A DNA stretch of 28,158 nt from contig JALAGF010005857.1 of NCBI GenBank assembly GCA_030167865.1, forward strand, positions 186,001 to 214,158, given 5' to 3'. A program made the position numbers and the translations under genes. This stretch comes from Craspedostauros australis (Eukaryota). Under the pieces are notes generated by a model. That model was not told the origin of the DNA. It was given only the letters and a program-made list of their open reading frames with translations, and did no database searches. Every line of letters starts with the position of its first letter. Position 1 is the stretch's first letter. Below are positions 9,765-19,400 of this stretch, piece after piece.

Positions 9765-10514
9765 CGTCCTGATGCCGTTGATGCTATTGCTGATGTTATT
9801 GCTATTCCTGCTCCTGTTGATCTGTTATGATCCTCCCTTGACGATGAGACAGAGGACCGGAGATGTTGCTATGCTCTGAACGCTCTTGACTCACGCTGAC
9901 GATGTCAGGATGTGTTGTTCTTCATCATCTGTGGCTCTTTGTTCGTCTTTCCGTGTTTGCTTTGTTCGTTGCAATGCTCGATCCACGACTGCATCATTCC
10001 TCACTTTTTTGTTGTGTTCCAAACAGAAGAGCCAAGAGCAAAGTTACAGAAAATAGTAAATTACCATAACTACACATGAACGATTAAATGGATTGAAAGT
10101 GTCCGTTAACCCCATTCAATGACCCAATGGCAAAGCCAACCATTCTTGGCGCCTGATAATGTTATCCGAGTCTGAATGTATCATATGTCACACACGTTGC
10201 GAAATTGTCTGTTGATCTTGCCCATTCACTAAATTCGTGTGAGACCGTTACGAACAACAGACCGTATGACATGAGCGATTGGCTCGTTGCGATTTGCTGC
10301 CTCGCACACGGAGGCATTTGCAAGACTTGCGGGAATTGTGGCGCCACAGGAGTGTGCCAAACCAACACCATCGTTGTTGTCGCCAGCCCTCCAACAACTA
10401 TCCGTTGGCTCGTCACGCAGAGACGTTGCGATGTGAGGCGTGAGTGAAGGAAAAAGGCGGACACACACACGGAGCAAGCAGAGAGAAACAACGTGAATTG
10501 TGTCTTTGTTCGCC

Positions 10515-10622
10515 ATCGACATCATCATCATCAACAGCAACGACAGCAACAACGACAACGACAACAGCAACGACATCAGCAACGACAGCAACGACGACAG
10601 CGACGGCATCAGCAACAGCACC
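10515..10622 (+). repeat. degenerate CAT/CAA/CAG/CGA trinucleotide repeat
   Basis: Read directly; it lies upstream of the IQ-protein gene. Confidence 0.85.
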
Positions 10623-10633
10623 ACAGTCGACAG

Positions 10634-10711
10634 ATGCAACAATCGATTTGGCGCCATCTTCATCTCCAACACACGACCAACTCACCAAACGTGCAATACG
10701 AAACAGCGTGA
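10634..10711 (+). promoter_or_regulatory. candidate uORF (25 aa, MQQSIWRHLHLQHTTNSPNVQYETA) in the leader of the IQ-protein gene
   Basis: This is the only + strand ATG between 10434 and 11382. Confidence 0.35.
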
Positions 10712-11250
10712 TAACACGACCAACGAGTGAGGGAAGAGAAGTTGGAACAAGAAGGTTTGTGCCCTGTTGCCGCGGGGGATAACAACATTCTTTGGATTCG
10801 TATTTCAGCATTGGCACGATAATCGGTGTTTATTCGTACAGAGAGCAGACAAGGAGCGCACTTGCGCGATCGCGCAAACAGAACAAGGGAAGGCCAAGCG
10901 GATCATTTTCGGCCAGGGCATCAGACTTTAATTTGACTTGGTGGGTTGGGTTGGCTGTTGGACAACACACATCCACCTCGCCACCGTTGCAACCTCCACC
11001 AGGTCCGTGGCTGTACACTTATCGAAGCTCCACAAGGCACAACATCATCGAAGAAGGTCCCATTTTTCACTGTTTGGACCATCGCAGCGAAAAAGTTAAC
11101 TTCGCGTAGTTTGACTCCGCCAGACAACACAAGACAAGTACCATTAGCAACAGACGACGCGAGGACGGAGTCCAAGAGAAGAGATTTCCGTGTCAACCAA
11201 CTCACATCACGGCGCTTCTCCGACAGTGCTCTGAAGCGCCTTTCAACAAT

Positions 11251-11305
11251 AACAGCAACAGCAGTGACAGCAGCAACAGCAGTGACAGCAGCGACAGCAG
11301 CGACA
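11251..11305 (+). repeat. 9/18-bp tandem repeat (ACAGCAGYG-like)
   Basis: aacagcaacagcagtgacagcagcaacagcagtgacagcagcgacagcagcgaca. Confidence 0.8.
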
Positions 11306-11382
11306 TCCTCCTGTTGGAACAGTAGTTAATCAGGACAGAAGCACAGCACTCTACAACGGATCACAATTCGAAGCGAGGCATC

Positions 11383-14300
11383 ATGAGGCACCAAAGCGAC
11401 ATCTTCCAGACGCTGTCCAAGGATCCTGACGGCTTCAACCTCAGCTTCGAGGAGAACGTGGGTCTGGATCCAACAGGATTCCGCCCATCCCACCCTCTTT
11501 CTCCCAACGAGGAGCCTCAGTTCGGCGATGTCGATTACGATGTCGATTACGATGTCAATCACGGTGGCAATCACGGTGGCAACCAACAGCAGGCTTCTGC
11601 TTGGATCGATCTGACGAATGCCCCTGACATCCACGCCCCCACACAGGCTGCTGCGCCAACTCAGACAAGGACGAACAACCCAATCGATGTGGCCAAGCTG
11701 GTTGGCGCGCCTCCGCCACCACCTCCCATGCCACCGCCGAACAGAAGCCGCTCGCGACAGAGGCAGCGCCCTCGTCCACGCCCTGAGGATGCATTCCAAC
11801 CCTTCGGAGCGGACGAGCCCGTGGCCGTCATCGACGTCGAAGTGCCGCAAGTCGTCAACAGGAAGCTCTCTTCGGCTGCTGCGCCTTCATCGGCCGCATC
11901 CCGACTGAGCCCCTTGTCGGCCTCCCAGTTCGGAACGGAGGCATCCAAAGCATCTGGATCTGTCGCAGCATCTCCGTCTTCCGCAGTCACTTCCAACGCC
12001 AAGCCCACCGTGGCAGAGGAGCGACGCCGCGCAGCATTGGCGATGTACGAAAGCGACGCCCTGGTGCTCGATCAGAACGCGCCCTCTGTGGCTGCGTCTG
12101 CATCTGCATCCCCGTCCACTGCGCCCTCCATCAACAACGACGAGACCATGCAATCACCGGCTGCGGGATCCGCCTTCAAAAAGGACTTCTCCTTCGGTCT
12201 CTCCTACTCCGAAGACATTGAAAACACGACGCCCGAGAAGATGCCGACGGACGGAGACTTCGAAGCTCATCAGGCCCCAACAAGCATGAACGGGACCATG
12301 GCGAAGGCAGCAGCCCTCAAGACGCAGCAGAACCGAGCAGCTCTGGCATCCCCACGAAGCGCCGCAACCCAGCAGCACAGCAACAAGACCTCCAGGCTAT
12401 CCTCCCAACCTGTGGCGCTCTCCAGGAAAACTACCGCACCCGCACCCACCACGGTACCCAACACCAGCAACACCAGCAACAGAAGGGCCCTTGCCAAAAG
12501 TCCCAACAACATGCAACCATCGAAGCAATCCACCGTCACCACCACAATGACCAACAGCACCAGCACCAACACCAACACTAAAACCAGCAGGAGCAACACA
12601 GTGGCGCAGACCACAAGAAAACCAGAAAAGAAAGCCAAGCGCGGCTTTCTCAAGAAGATCTTCGGAGGTGGCAGTTCCAAAAAGTCGAAAGAGCCTAAGG
12701 ATGCCAAGGACACCAAGGACACCACCAGGAAGGATGTCAGCGGTGCACGCTCACCACGCCCCACCACTCCGGTTGCATCCGCTCCAACCAGAGCATCAAC
12801 ACCGTCGGCGAACTTCGCCAAGACCACTCGCACCAGCAACAGCAACACCAAGCCTCACGCCCAGCAAAGCGTCGTCAGCATTGGCAGCATTGGCAGCAGC
12901 AAAGCATCTTCTGCCAAGAGGCACACTCCCATCAAACCGCTTGCAAAGCCAGTCGAGGCCGCAAACCGCCGCACACCGTCACCTTCTCCAACCAATGCAG
13001 CCAATGCAAGCAGGCAAACACAACTACAACAGCAGATGTCCATGTCGATGTCTCTGTCCGTTTCGGTGGCAGATGAATCCGCAGCACACTCAGCAGCATC
13101 TGCCTCGCACGTGTCCGGCGCTGAGTCCAACGCTGAGTCCAACGATCAGTTCCTCGACCTCGAGCCAACGCTCACCATGGATCCACCAGACCTGGCTGAG
13201 GACCACGCGGATCCACCCATCCTCTCGCTCGCTAACAACGACCCGCCCTTGCAGCTCAACTTTTCGGAGGATGATGACGACGATGACGAGGAGATGCGAC
13301 GCATCGAATCCGTGCGTTCCAGAATCTCGGGCATCTACAAGCAGCACACGGGCACCAACCACCAGCATGCGATGGATGCCGATGCGCAAAACTCCAACGG
13401 TGATGTCTTCTTCAGCAGCAAAGACGCATTTGCCATGACGCCACAGTTTGCCGCGTCCAACAAGGCTACCAACGCCCCATCTGAACCGGCGGCCGCCACG
13501 CCTGTATTTGCCGAATCGCTATCATTCGCGGCAAAGGCATCCTCACCGCTGGATGCAAACGGAGAGCCAGGTGGCGAGTACGTCCACCCACTCTCTGCGC
13601 GGTTCAGCCAGATCACCCAAGCGACGCCATCGGCTGGATTGACCCTCAATGTCAACTCCATGAAGAGCGTCGACCCGGCAGGCGATTCACCGATGCACGA
13701 AACCCTGGCCACGCCTGGATCCAAGGTCGCCAAGTCAAAACCACAACCCAACGCTTTCATCCTTGATCCGCTGGGTGATTCTCCCATGGCTTCCGATGCT
13801 TTCGTGCATACCGGCGTCAATCACTTCGATCCAGTCGGAGAACCAGCCGAACGCGGTCAGCTCGAGCCCAGGAACACAGCTGCAGCTGATGGCAACAACG
13901 TCAATCACAGCATCGTTGACGATCCACCCCTGCAACTCTTTGATGGGTACATCTCCGAGGATTCAACAGATATCATGCTGGAAATGGGCAACGGGGGCGA
14001 AGAGAAGAAGGAAGACGACGATGATCTGGCCCAACAACGAATGGCAGTCGAACCTCCGACGCCGGTCACCAACAAACTCGCGCCAATGCCAGGCAAGCTT
14101 GACACATCCCGGCCAACGACACCGCCATCACCCCCGGCGGCCGCTGCCGCTGCCAACCCACCGGATCAGGAGGCAACGAAGCAGAGGGATCCGACACCAA
14201 AGTCCAGCAACAGCACGGCGACTTTCCAGAGCAGATTCTACGCCAGGCCCAAGTCAGGCAACAACAGCAAGCCACCATCCAAGGCGACCCTGGCAGCGCT

Positions 14301-17300
14301 GCGATTGACGAAGGCACCAGCGATCGACTCGCTCAAGGATCAGCTCGACAAAATTCCCACACCCAAGCACGACGACGACAGTCGAGTTGGATCCGCACCC
14401 GTCGCGGATGGCGGCAAGTCCGAGTCCAAAGTCTCAAAGACCCACAGAACGCCTGCGAAGACACCTCCGCGCAACACGAGGGCGTCCAAGTTGCAGATCG
14501 ATACGGCAGCGGATATCGAAAATGAAACGGAGGAGTCAACCGCCAAGAAGCAGCTGTCTGTCACAGCTGCGGCATTCACCAACGCCAAGGCCGTCGCGTA
14601 CCTTCACAAGCTGCAGGGCTCTCCATCCCCAAGGCATTCGTGGCACAAGCCAAAGCAGCAGCTCAGCGAAGACGAGAGCAAGCGTGTGCAGGAGCTCACA
14701 AACGCCCATCGCAAGCTCAACTCTGCCGCAAAAGCGAAGAAGAACAGCGAAGCGGCGGCTAAAGCGACGCCTTCCAAACCAATCCCACCACCTTCGCCTT
14801 ACGGATGGCAAGACAAGTACGCCGGAACCGAGATTGATGATCCGCAACGCGAATTCCCACCGAACAAAAAGGATCTGGTCATCTTCAAGGAGGATCTCTA
14901 CCCACCAGCCCCACCAACGCCGGAAGATGTCACCAACAGGATCGTTGGATCCAAGCTACGTGGATACAGGTCGAACTTCAAGGGCCGCCGTCCCGGCAAG
15001 AAAAAGGAAAAGGCAGATGCTGCGGCTACCGCCGAACCTTCTGCCACCGCGGACGAAAAGCTGACGATCGATGCTGTCCCGGATGAGAATGGCATCACCC
15101 TCGGCAACAGGCTGTACGGCGGTGCGAACAGATCCAACCCCAACATCGTTCTCGACAACGACCTCATGGCTGCGCTACTGAAGCACAATCCTCCAAAGAA
15201 CTTCCGCGGTGCAATCACTTCGCTCGCTGTTTCCAAGGGCATCAAGCTGCGAAAGAAAAAGCGATGTGACGACATCGCAAGCGGTCGGTCCACGCCGGTC
15301 ATCCTGACGCCAAGGTCCAAACCAACGGGCGGCAATCGGTTCAATTTCGTCCCTGCCGACGAATCCGAGATCAAGGATCCCATCCAACGTGCTGGGCGAC
15401 GTCTGCTGTCCAAGGCAGCCATTCCAATCCAGTGCGCCGCACGACGCTTCATCGCCAAGCGCGACGCCGTCGATCGCATGTGGGCACTGATTGAGATCCA
15501 ATCGTACTTCCGCAGATGGAGAGCGGAGACTAATCTGCAGGCATACACGCACTCCGCCACGATCATCCAGAGCCACTGCCGAAGCTACCTCACCCGCAAG
15601 CGAATCGATGAGATGCACTTCGCGGCGACCGACATCCAAAAGATCATTCGCGGGTACCTGGCGTCGGCTCACGTCTACGACCAGATGTACTTTCTCGTGC
15701 AGATCCAATCCACCGTCCGCATGTTCCTCGGCAAGCGGAGGGCCAAGCTGCACAAACGACGCATCGAGACCGCCGTGCCGCGCATCCAGGCACAGTGGCG
15801 CGGATACAAATGTCGTGAAGCATACCGCGAGAACCTGGCCACCGCCACGGCGGCCGTGACGATGATCCAGTCGCAATGGAGATCGTACGAGGCACGCGTA
15901 GGTTTCCAGTTCACCGTGGTGGACGTCATCATTGTGCAGAGCACCTTCCGTCGTTGGTATGCGCAAGGGATTGTCGAGCAGCTCAAGTTCGACAGGACGT
16001 ACAACGCGGCCACGAAGATCCAGGCCGCGTACAGAGCCCATCATGCCTTTGACGAATACGTCCAGTTCAAGGCAGCGCGAAAGATCCAGGCGACGTGGAG
16101 AGGGCATCATGAATTCGAAACTTACTCCAGGTTCACGGCGGCACGCAAGATCCAGAGCAAGTGGAGAGGACACAAGGAGTCCGCCAAGTTGGCCAAGTTC
16201 AAGGCGGCACGCAAGATCCAGACAGCATGGAGAGGACACGTGAAATACTCTGAGTTCCAACGCATCAAGGCCGTGACGAAGATCCAGGCGGCATGGAGAG
16301 GATTCCAGTGCTACACGGACTACATCTTCTGCTTGGTCGACGTGCTGGTCATCCAGCGTGCCGTGCGCCAGTGGATCGCGGCACGCAAGACACACACCAT
16401 GCGGCAGCAGCATGCAGCCGTGCGAATTCAGAGGGAATACCGCAGGCACAGGGCGCAGACCCAGCTGGTGTACACCATGGCGCAGATCATCATCACGCAG
16501 AGCGTCGCCAGACGGTACAACTCGAGGTACCGCATCCAAGAACGCCATGCCGACCAGGAGGCGGAGAGACAGGTGGAGCTCAACAAGGAGCGGGCGGTGA
16601 CGAAAATCCAAGCAGTGTGGCGTGGATTCTGGGGATTCTCGCACTACATCATCATGCAGTACGAGATCACGCGCATTCAAGCGGCGATCCGTGGCAAGCT
16701 CGCAAGGCAGAGCTACGGTTTGCGATTGGGTTGCGCGATTATCATCCAGGCGACCGTCCGACAGCACCAGGCCAAGAACCTCGTGAAGCGCAAGAAGATT
16801 GACGAGCTAATGTTCGCTGGTGACGTTCTCGCCCTTCGCGAAAAGAGCGCGGCCACCAAGATCCAGTTCTGGTGGCGAATCGTGATGGACTGGACGAGGG
16901 AGAAGAAGGCAGCGCTCGTCATCGAACGCTTCTTCTACAATCTCCTCGAGGATGTGAAGCAGGCTGTGATCCAAAAGGAGCGCAGACGCAAGTCCAGGAA
17001 GGAGAAGAAGCGCAGGCGCAAAAAGCAGAGCGAGGATCAGCTGCTGGAGCGTGTTTGGTTGAAGACTGTGGATGAAGAGACCATGGTGGATACCATCGGC
17101 GAAGAGATCTTGGCAGCCTCCGAGTCCAACCTCGCCAGCCCGAAGGCCACAAAAACGCCACGCAGCGCAGCGGCCAAAGCAGCAGCCACGGCAGCTGCGA
17201 CTGCGACTGCTGGTGCATCCGCATCAACGCCGACAGCCATCGTGACAAACACGTCCGGGTCTGTGTCCACATCTGCTGGGCCTCCGCTGTCGCGCCCCAT

Positions 17301-18963
17301 GCCCAGTCCACGCATGACTGCAAGCCCCAGGCCCATCCACACCACATCCAGCAGCCGTGCAACACCGACCAACAGCGTCAGCAGCAGGAACAACAACAAC
17401 AACAGCAGCAGCATCACCACCCCTAGACCAACGACGCCGAATAACACCTCGAATACGGGCAGCAGCCCGAGCAAGGCAAGACGTGGCTCACCGATGGTGC
17501 AAACCAACGCGATGGGAATGTCATCACCAAGGACCGCGACTTCGCCACGTTCGAGACAACAGCAGCAGCAGTCTCCTGTGGTGGGACACCGGACTGCCAG
17601 CAGCCCAACCAACATGCGTAACAGGACGAATCGTTCAGGGAATACAAGCCCAGCCATGGGCCGCAGCAGCGGCCAGGCAAGCCCAGTCGTCAGACCCCAC
17701 CTTGCGCCGCCGGTCGGCGCAAGAACTGCGCACGAGCACACAATGCCAACAGACACGGTTCAGATTGCGCCAAGCGAGGACGCAAGCGAGATTTCCAACA
17801 TCACCAACCCCAGCGTCTTCCACAAACCCCAGGCACCGCCAGCCAGCTCGACCGCGCAAAGCGCCCAGCGGGTGGTCCAACCAGCGAAATCGGCGTCTCC
17901 GTCATCGAAGAGGATGGAACCCAAGGTGTCACCATCCATGAAGCATAAGCACCAGCACCAGCATCAGCATCAGCACCGTCAATCACGGCACCGGAGCCGC
18001 CTTCAGCCTGTGTCGCAGGCGGAGGAATCGTCGCTTGCTGATGAGGAGGACTTTTTGGATTTGAAGCCAAGATCGAAGCCCATGACGACTGAAGATTACA
18101 TTCGCAAGTACAGCAAGCGCAGTACCGGCGAAACCTCCGAAAGGACCAAGAAGATGGTCGCCGCAGCCACCGGAGCTCCTTACTCGACACCAACATCCAC
18201 CGCCTCGGCTGCGGTCGGCAAGCACCAGCACAGCAACAGACCACCGACGCACTTTTCGTTCGACGACGCTTCGAAGAAGGCTGCTGGATCAAGTTCCAGC
18301 AGCAACCACAGCGCCCGCCACGCTTCGTCGTCGGTCTCGTCCGCAAAGCATTCGTCGAGCGGAAACCCACGATCTATGCGCTCTCATGTTCCCAGTCCAC
18401 GAACCAGCGGCTCGCCACGCAACTCCAACAGCACTGCACCCGGCATGAGCAGCAGCACCGGCCACCAACGCGCAAGTCCAAGAGCCATTGTTGCCAGCCC
18501 GCACATGCCGGTTCAGCGATCCAACGTGCCACCCTCACCAACTGCGCGCAGCACGAAAAGCAATAACAGCGGATCCTTCTTCCCCTCTGCGACATCGCCA
18601 TCTTCTTCCTCTTCCTCGCACATGCAACGCCAGCAGCAACAACAGCAACAACATCAACAGCAACAGCATCAACAGCAACATCAACAATTTTCATCGAAAC
18701 TTTCGCAGCCGCCACGGCATTCCAAGTCGTCAGGAACGCGCAGTCCATACCACTTGGAAACACTCGACACTGCACTGACCCAGAACACGACCATGACACC
18801 AACTTCTTCAACGCACGGAACCACAATCGTTGGTGGTAGCGGCAGCGTGAGCGCGAGACATCGCAGCAGCCCCGTGAAAATGCTTTCGGGCTATCACGGA
18901 GATCACATGGAGCACCTAGATTTGCTCGGAGAAGAATTGGGTGATGAATATGGTGAGGTGTAA
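11383..18963 (+). CDS. giant intronless protein (2526 aa) with about 20 IQ calmodulin-binding motifs and disordered S/T/P-rich arms (ASPM-like IQ array)
   Basis: Uninterrupted 7.58-kb ORF. Repeated IQxxxRG-type motifs at about 15415-16935, a basic cluster RRRKSRKEKKRRRKK at about 16981-17025, and no recognisable myosin motor or CH domain. Confidence 0.9.
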   Translation: MRHQSDIFQTLSKDPDGFNLSFEENVGLDPTGFRPSHPLSPNEEPQFGDVDYDVDYDVNHGGNHGGNQQQASAWIDLTNAPDIHAPTQAAAPTQTRTNNPIDVAKLVGAPPPPPPMPPPNRSRSRQRQRPRPRPEDAFQPFGADEPVAVIDVEVPQVVNRKLSSAAAPSSAASRLSPLSASQFGTEASKASGSVAASPSSAVTSNAKPTVAEERRRAALAMYESDALVLDQNAPSVAASASASPSTAPSINNDETMQSPAAGSAFKKDFSFGLSYSEDIENTTPEKMPTDGDFEAHQAPTSMNGTMAKAAALKTQQNRAALASPRSAATQQHSNKTSRLSSQPVALSRKTTAPAPTTVPNTSNTSNRRALAKSPNNMQPSKQSTVTTTMTNSTSTNTNTKTSRSNTVAQTTRKPEKKAKRGFLKKIFGGGSSKKSKEPKDAKDTKDTTRKDVSGARSPRPTTPVASAPTRASTPSANFAKTTRTSNSNTKPHAQQSVVSIGSIGSSKASSAKRHTPIKPLAKPVEAANRRTPSPSPTNAANASRQTQLQQQMSMSMSLSVSVADESAAHSAASASHVSGAESNAESNDQFLDLEPTLTMDPPDLAEDHADPPILSLANNDPPLQLNFSEDDDDDDEEMRRIESVRSRISGIYKQHTGTNHQHAMDADAQNSNGDVFFSSKDAFAMTPQFAASNKATNAPSEPAAATPVFAESLSFAAKASSPLDANGEPGGEYVHPLSARFSQITQATPSAGLTLNVNSMKSVDPAGDSPMHETLATPGSKVAKSKPQPNAFILDPLGDSPMASDAFVHTGVNHFDPVGEPAERGQLEPRNTAAADGNNVNHSIVDDPPLQLFDGYISEDSTDIMLEMGNGGEEKKEDDDDLAQQRMAVEPPTPVTNKLAPMPGKLDTSRPTTPPSPPAAAAAANPPDQEATKQRDPTPKSSNSTATFQSRFYARPKSGNNSKPPSKATLAALRLTKAPAIDSLKDQLDKIPTPKHDDDSRVGSAPVADGGKSESKVSKTHRTPAKTPPRNTRASKLQIDTAADIENETEESTAKKQLSVTAAAFTNAKAVAYLHKLQGSPSPRHSWHKPKQQLSEDESKRVQELTNAHRKLNSAAKAKKNSEAAAKATPSKPIPPPSPYGWQDKYAGTEIDDPQREFPPNKKDLVIFKEDLYPPAPPTPEDVTNRIVGSKLRGYRSNFKGRRPGKKKEKADAAATAEPSATADEKLTIDAVPDENGITLGNRLYGGANRSNPNIVLDNDLMAALLKHNPPKNFRGAITSLAVSKGIKLRKKKRCDDIASGRSTPVILTPRSKPTGGNRFNFVPADESEIKDPIQRAGRRLLSKAAIPIQCAARRFIAKRDAVDRMWALIEIQSYFRRWRAETNLQAYTHSATIIQSHCRSYLTRKRIDEMHFAATDIQKIIRGYLASAHVYDQMYFLVQIQSTVRMFLGKRRAKLHKRRIETAVPRIQAQWRGYKCREAYRENLATATAAVTMIQSQWRSYEARVGFQFTVVDVIIVQSTFRRWYAQGIVEQLKFDRTYNAATKIQAAYRAHHAFDEYVQFKAARKIQATWRGHHEFETYSRFTAARKIQSKWRGHKESAKLAKFKAARKIQTAWRGHVKYSEFQRIKAVTKIQAAWRGFQCYTDYIFCLVDVLVIQRAVRQWIAARKTHTMRQQHAAVRIQREYRRHRAQTQLVYTMAQIIITQSVARRYNSRYRIQERHADQEAERQVELNKERAVTKIQAVWRGFWGFSHYIIMQYEITRIQAAIRGKLARQSYGLRLGCAIIIQATVRQHQAKNLVKRKKIDELMFAGDVLALREKSAATKIQFWWRIVMDWTREKKAALVIERFFYNLLEDVKQAVIQKERRRKSRKEKKRRRKKQSEDQLLERVWLKTVDEETMVDTIGEEILAASESNLASPKATKTPRSAAAKAAATAAATATAGASASTPTAIVTNTSGSVSTSAGPPLSRPMPSPRMTASPRPIHTTSSSRATPTNSVSSRNNNNNSSSITTPRPTTPNNTSNTGSSPSKARRGSPMVQTNAMGMSSPRTATSPRSRQQQQQSPVVGHRTASSPTNMRNRTNRSGNTSPAMGRSSGQASPVVRPHLAPPVGARTAHEHTMPTDTVQIAPSEDASEISNITNPSVFHKPQAPPASSTAQSAQRVVQPAKSASPSSKRMEPKVSPSMKHKHQHQHQHQHRQSRHRSRLQPVSQAEESSLADEEDFLDLKPRSKPMTTEDYIRKYSKRSTGETSERTKKMVAAATGAPYSTPTSTASAAVGKHQHSNRPPTHFSFDDASKKAAGSSSSSNHSARHASSSVSSAKHSSSGNPRSMRSHVPSPRTSGSPRNSNSTAPGMSSSTGHQRASPRAIVASPHMPVQRSNVPPSPTARSTKSNNSGSFFPSATSPSSSSSSHMQRQQQQQQQHQQQQHQQQHQQFSSKLSQPPRHSKSSGTRSPYHLETLDTALTQNTTMTPTSSTHGTTIVGGSGSVSARHRSSPVKMLSGYHGDHMEHLDLLGEELGDEYGEV

Positions 18964-19400
18964 GCCTTGAGGAATGCTCTCCAGAGTAGAGCAGTGTATG
19001 ACCAATTGGCCTCGCCCCAAATTGCAACAACTTTCCCGTCGGAATGGAAGTGGCCCATCGATATCCTGTGACAACACAAGCTAAGATCCAAACCTCATCA
19101 ATTGCACAATCAAGACACACGACAACCCAAATACCGACATTAACATGAACAGCACCATTTACGAATACAATACCAACAGCACAATACTCGAACACACCCA
19201 TGAACATCGTTATGAACATCATGAGCATGGGCAAATTGCGGCGGAAGAGAACCAGTGAAAGCAACGGCATCACACTCAACATACAAAAACTGCACTCGTA
19301 TAATACATTGGAAGAATACATGCCTCCTAAACGTCTCTTTTGGATTTGTTGGTCATGGCTCGTTGAGATTACGGTTGCTCCACGCGGACTCCACTAATTC

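Noticed and set aside
16009..16320. 66-nt periodic repeats as a CRISPR-like array
   Set aside because: They are in-frame IQ-motif repeats in a eukaryotic CDS, with wobble-position variation and no cas genes.
15175..16767. 530-aa antisense ORF within the IQ gene
   Set aside because: Typical antisense shadow of a GC3-rich coding region, with no domain features.
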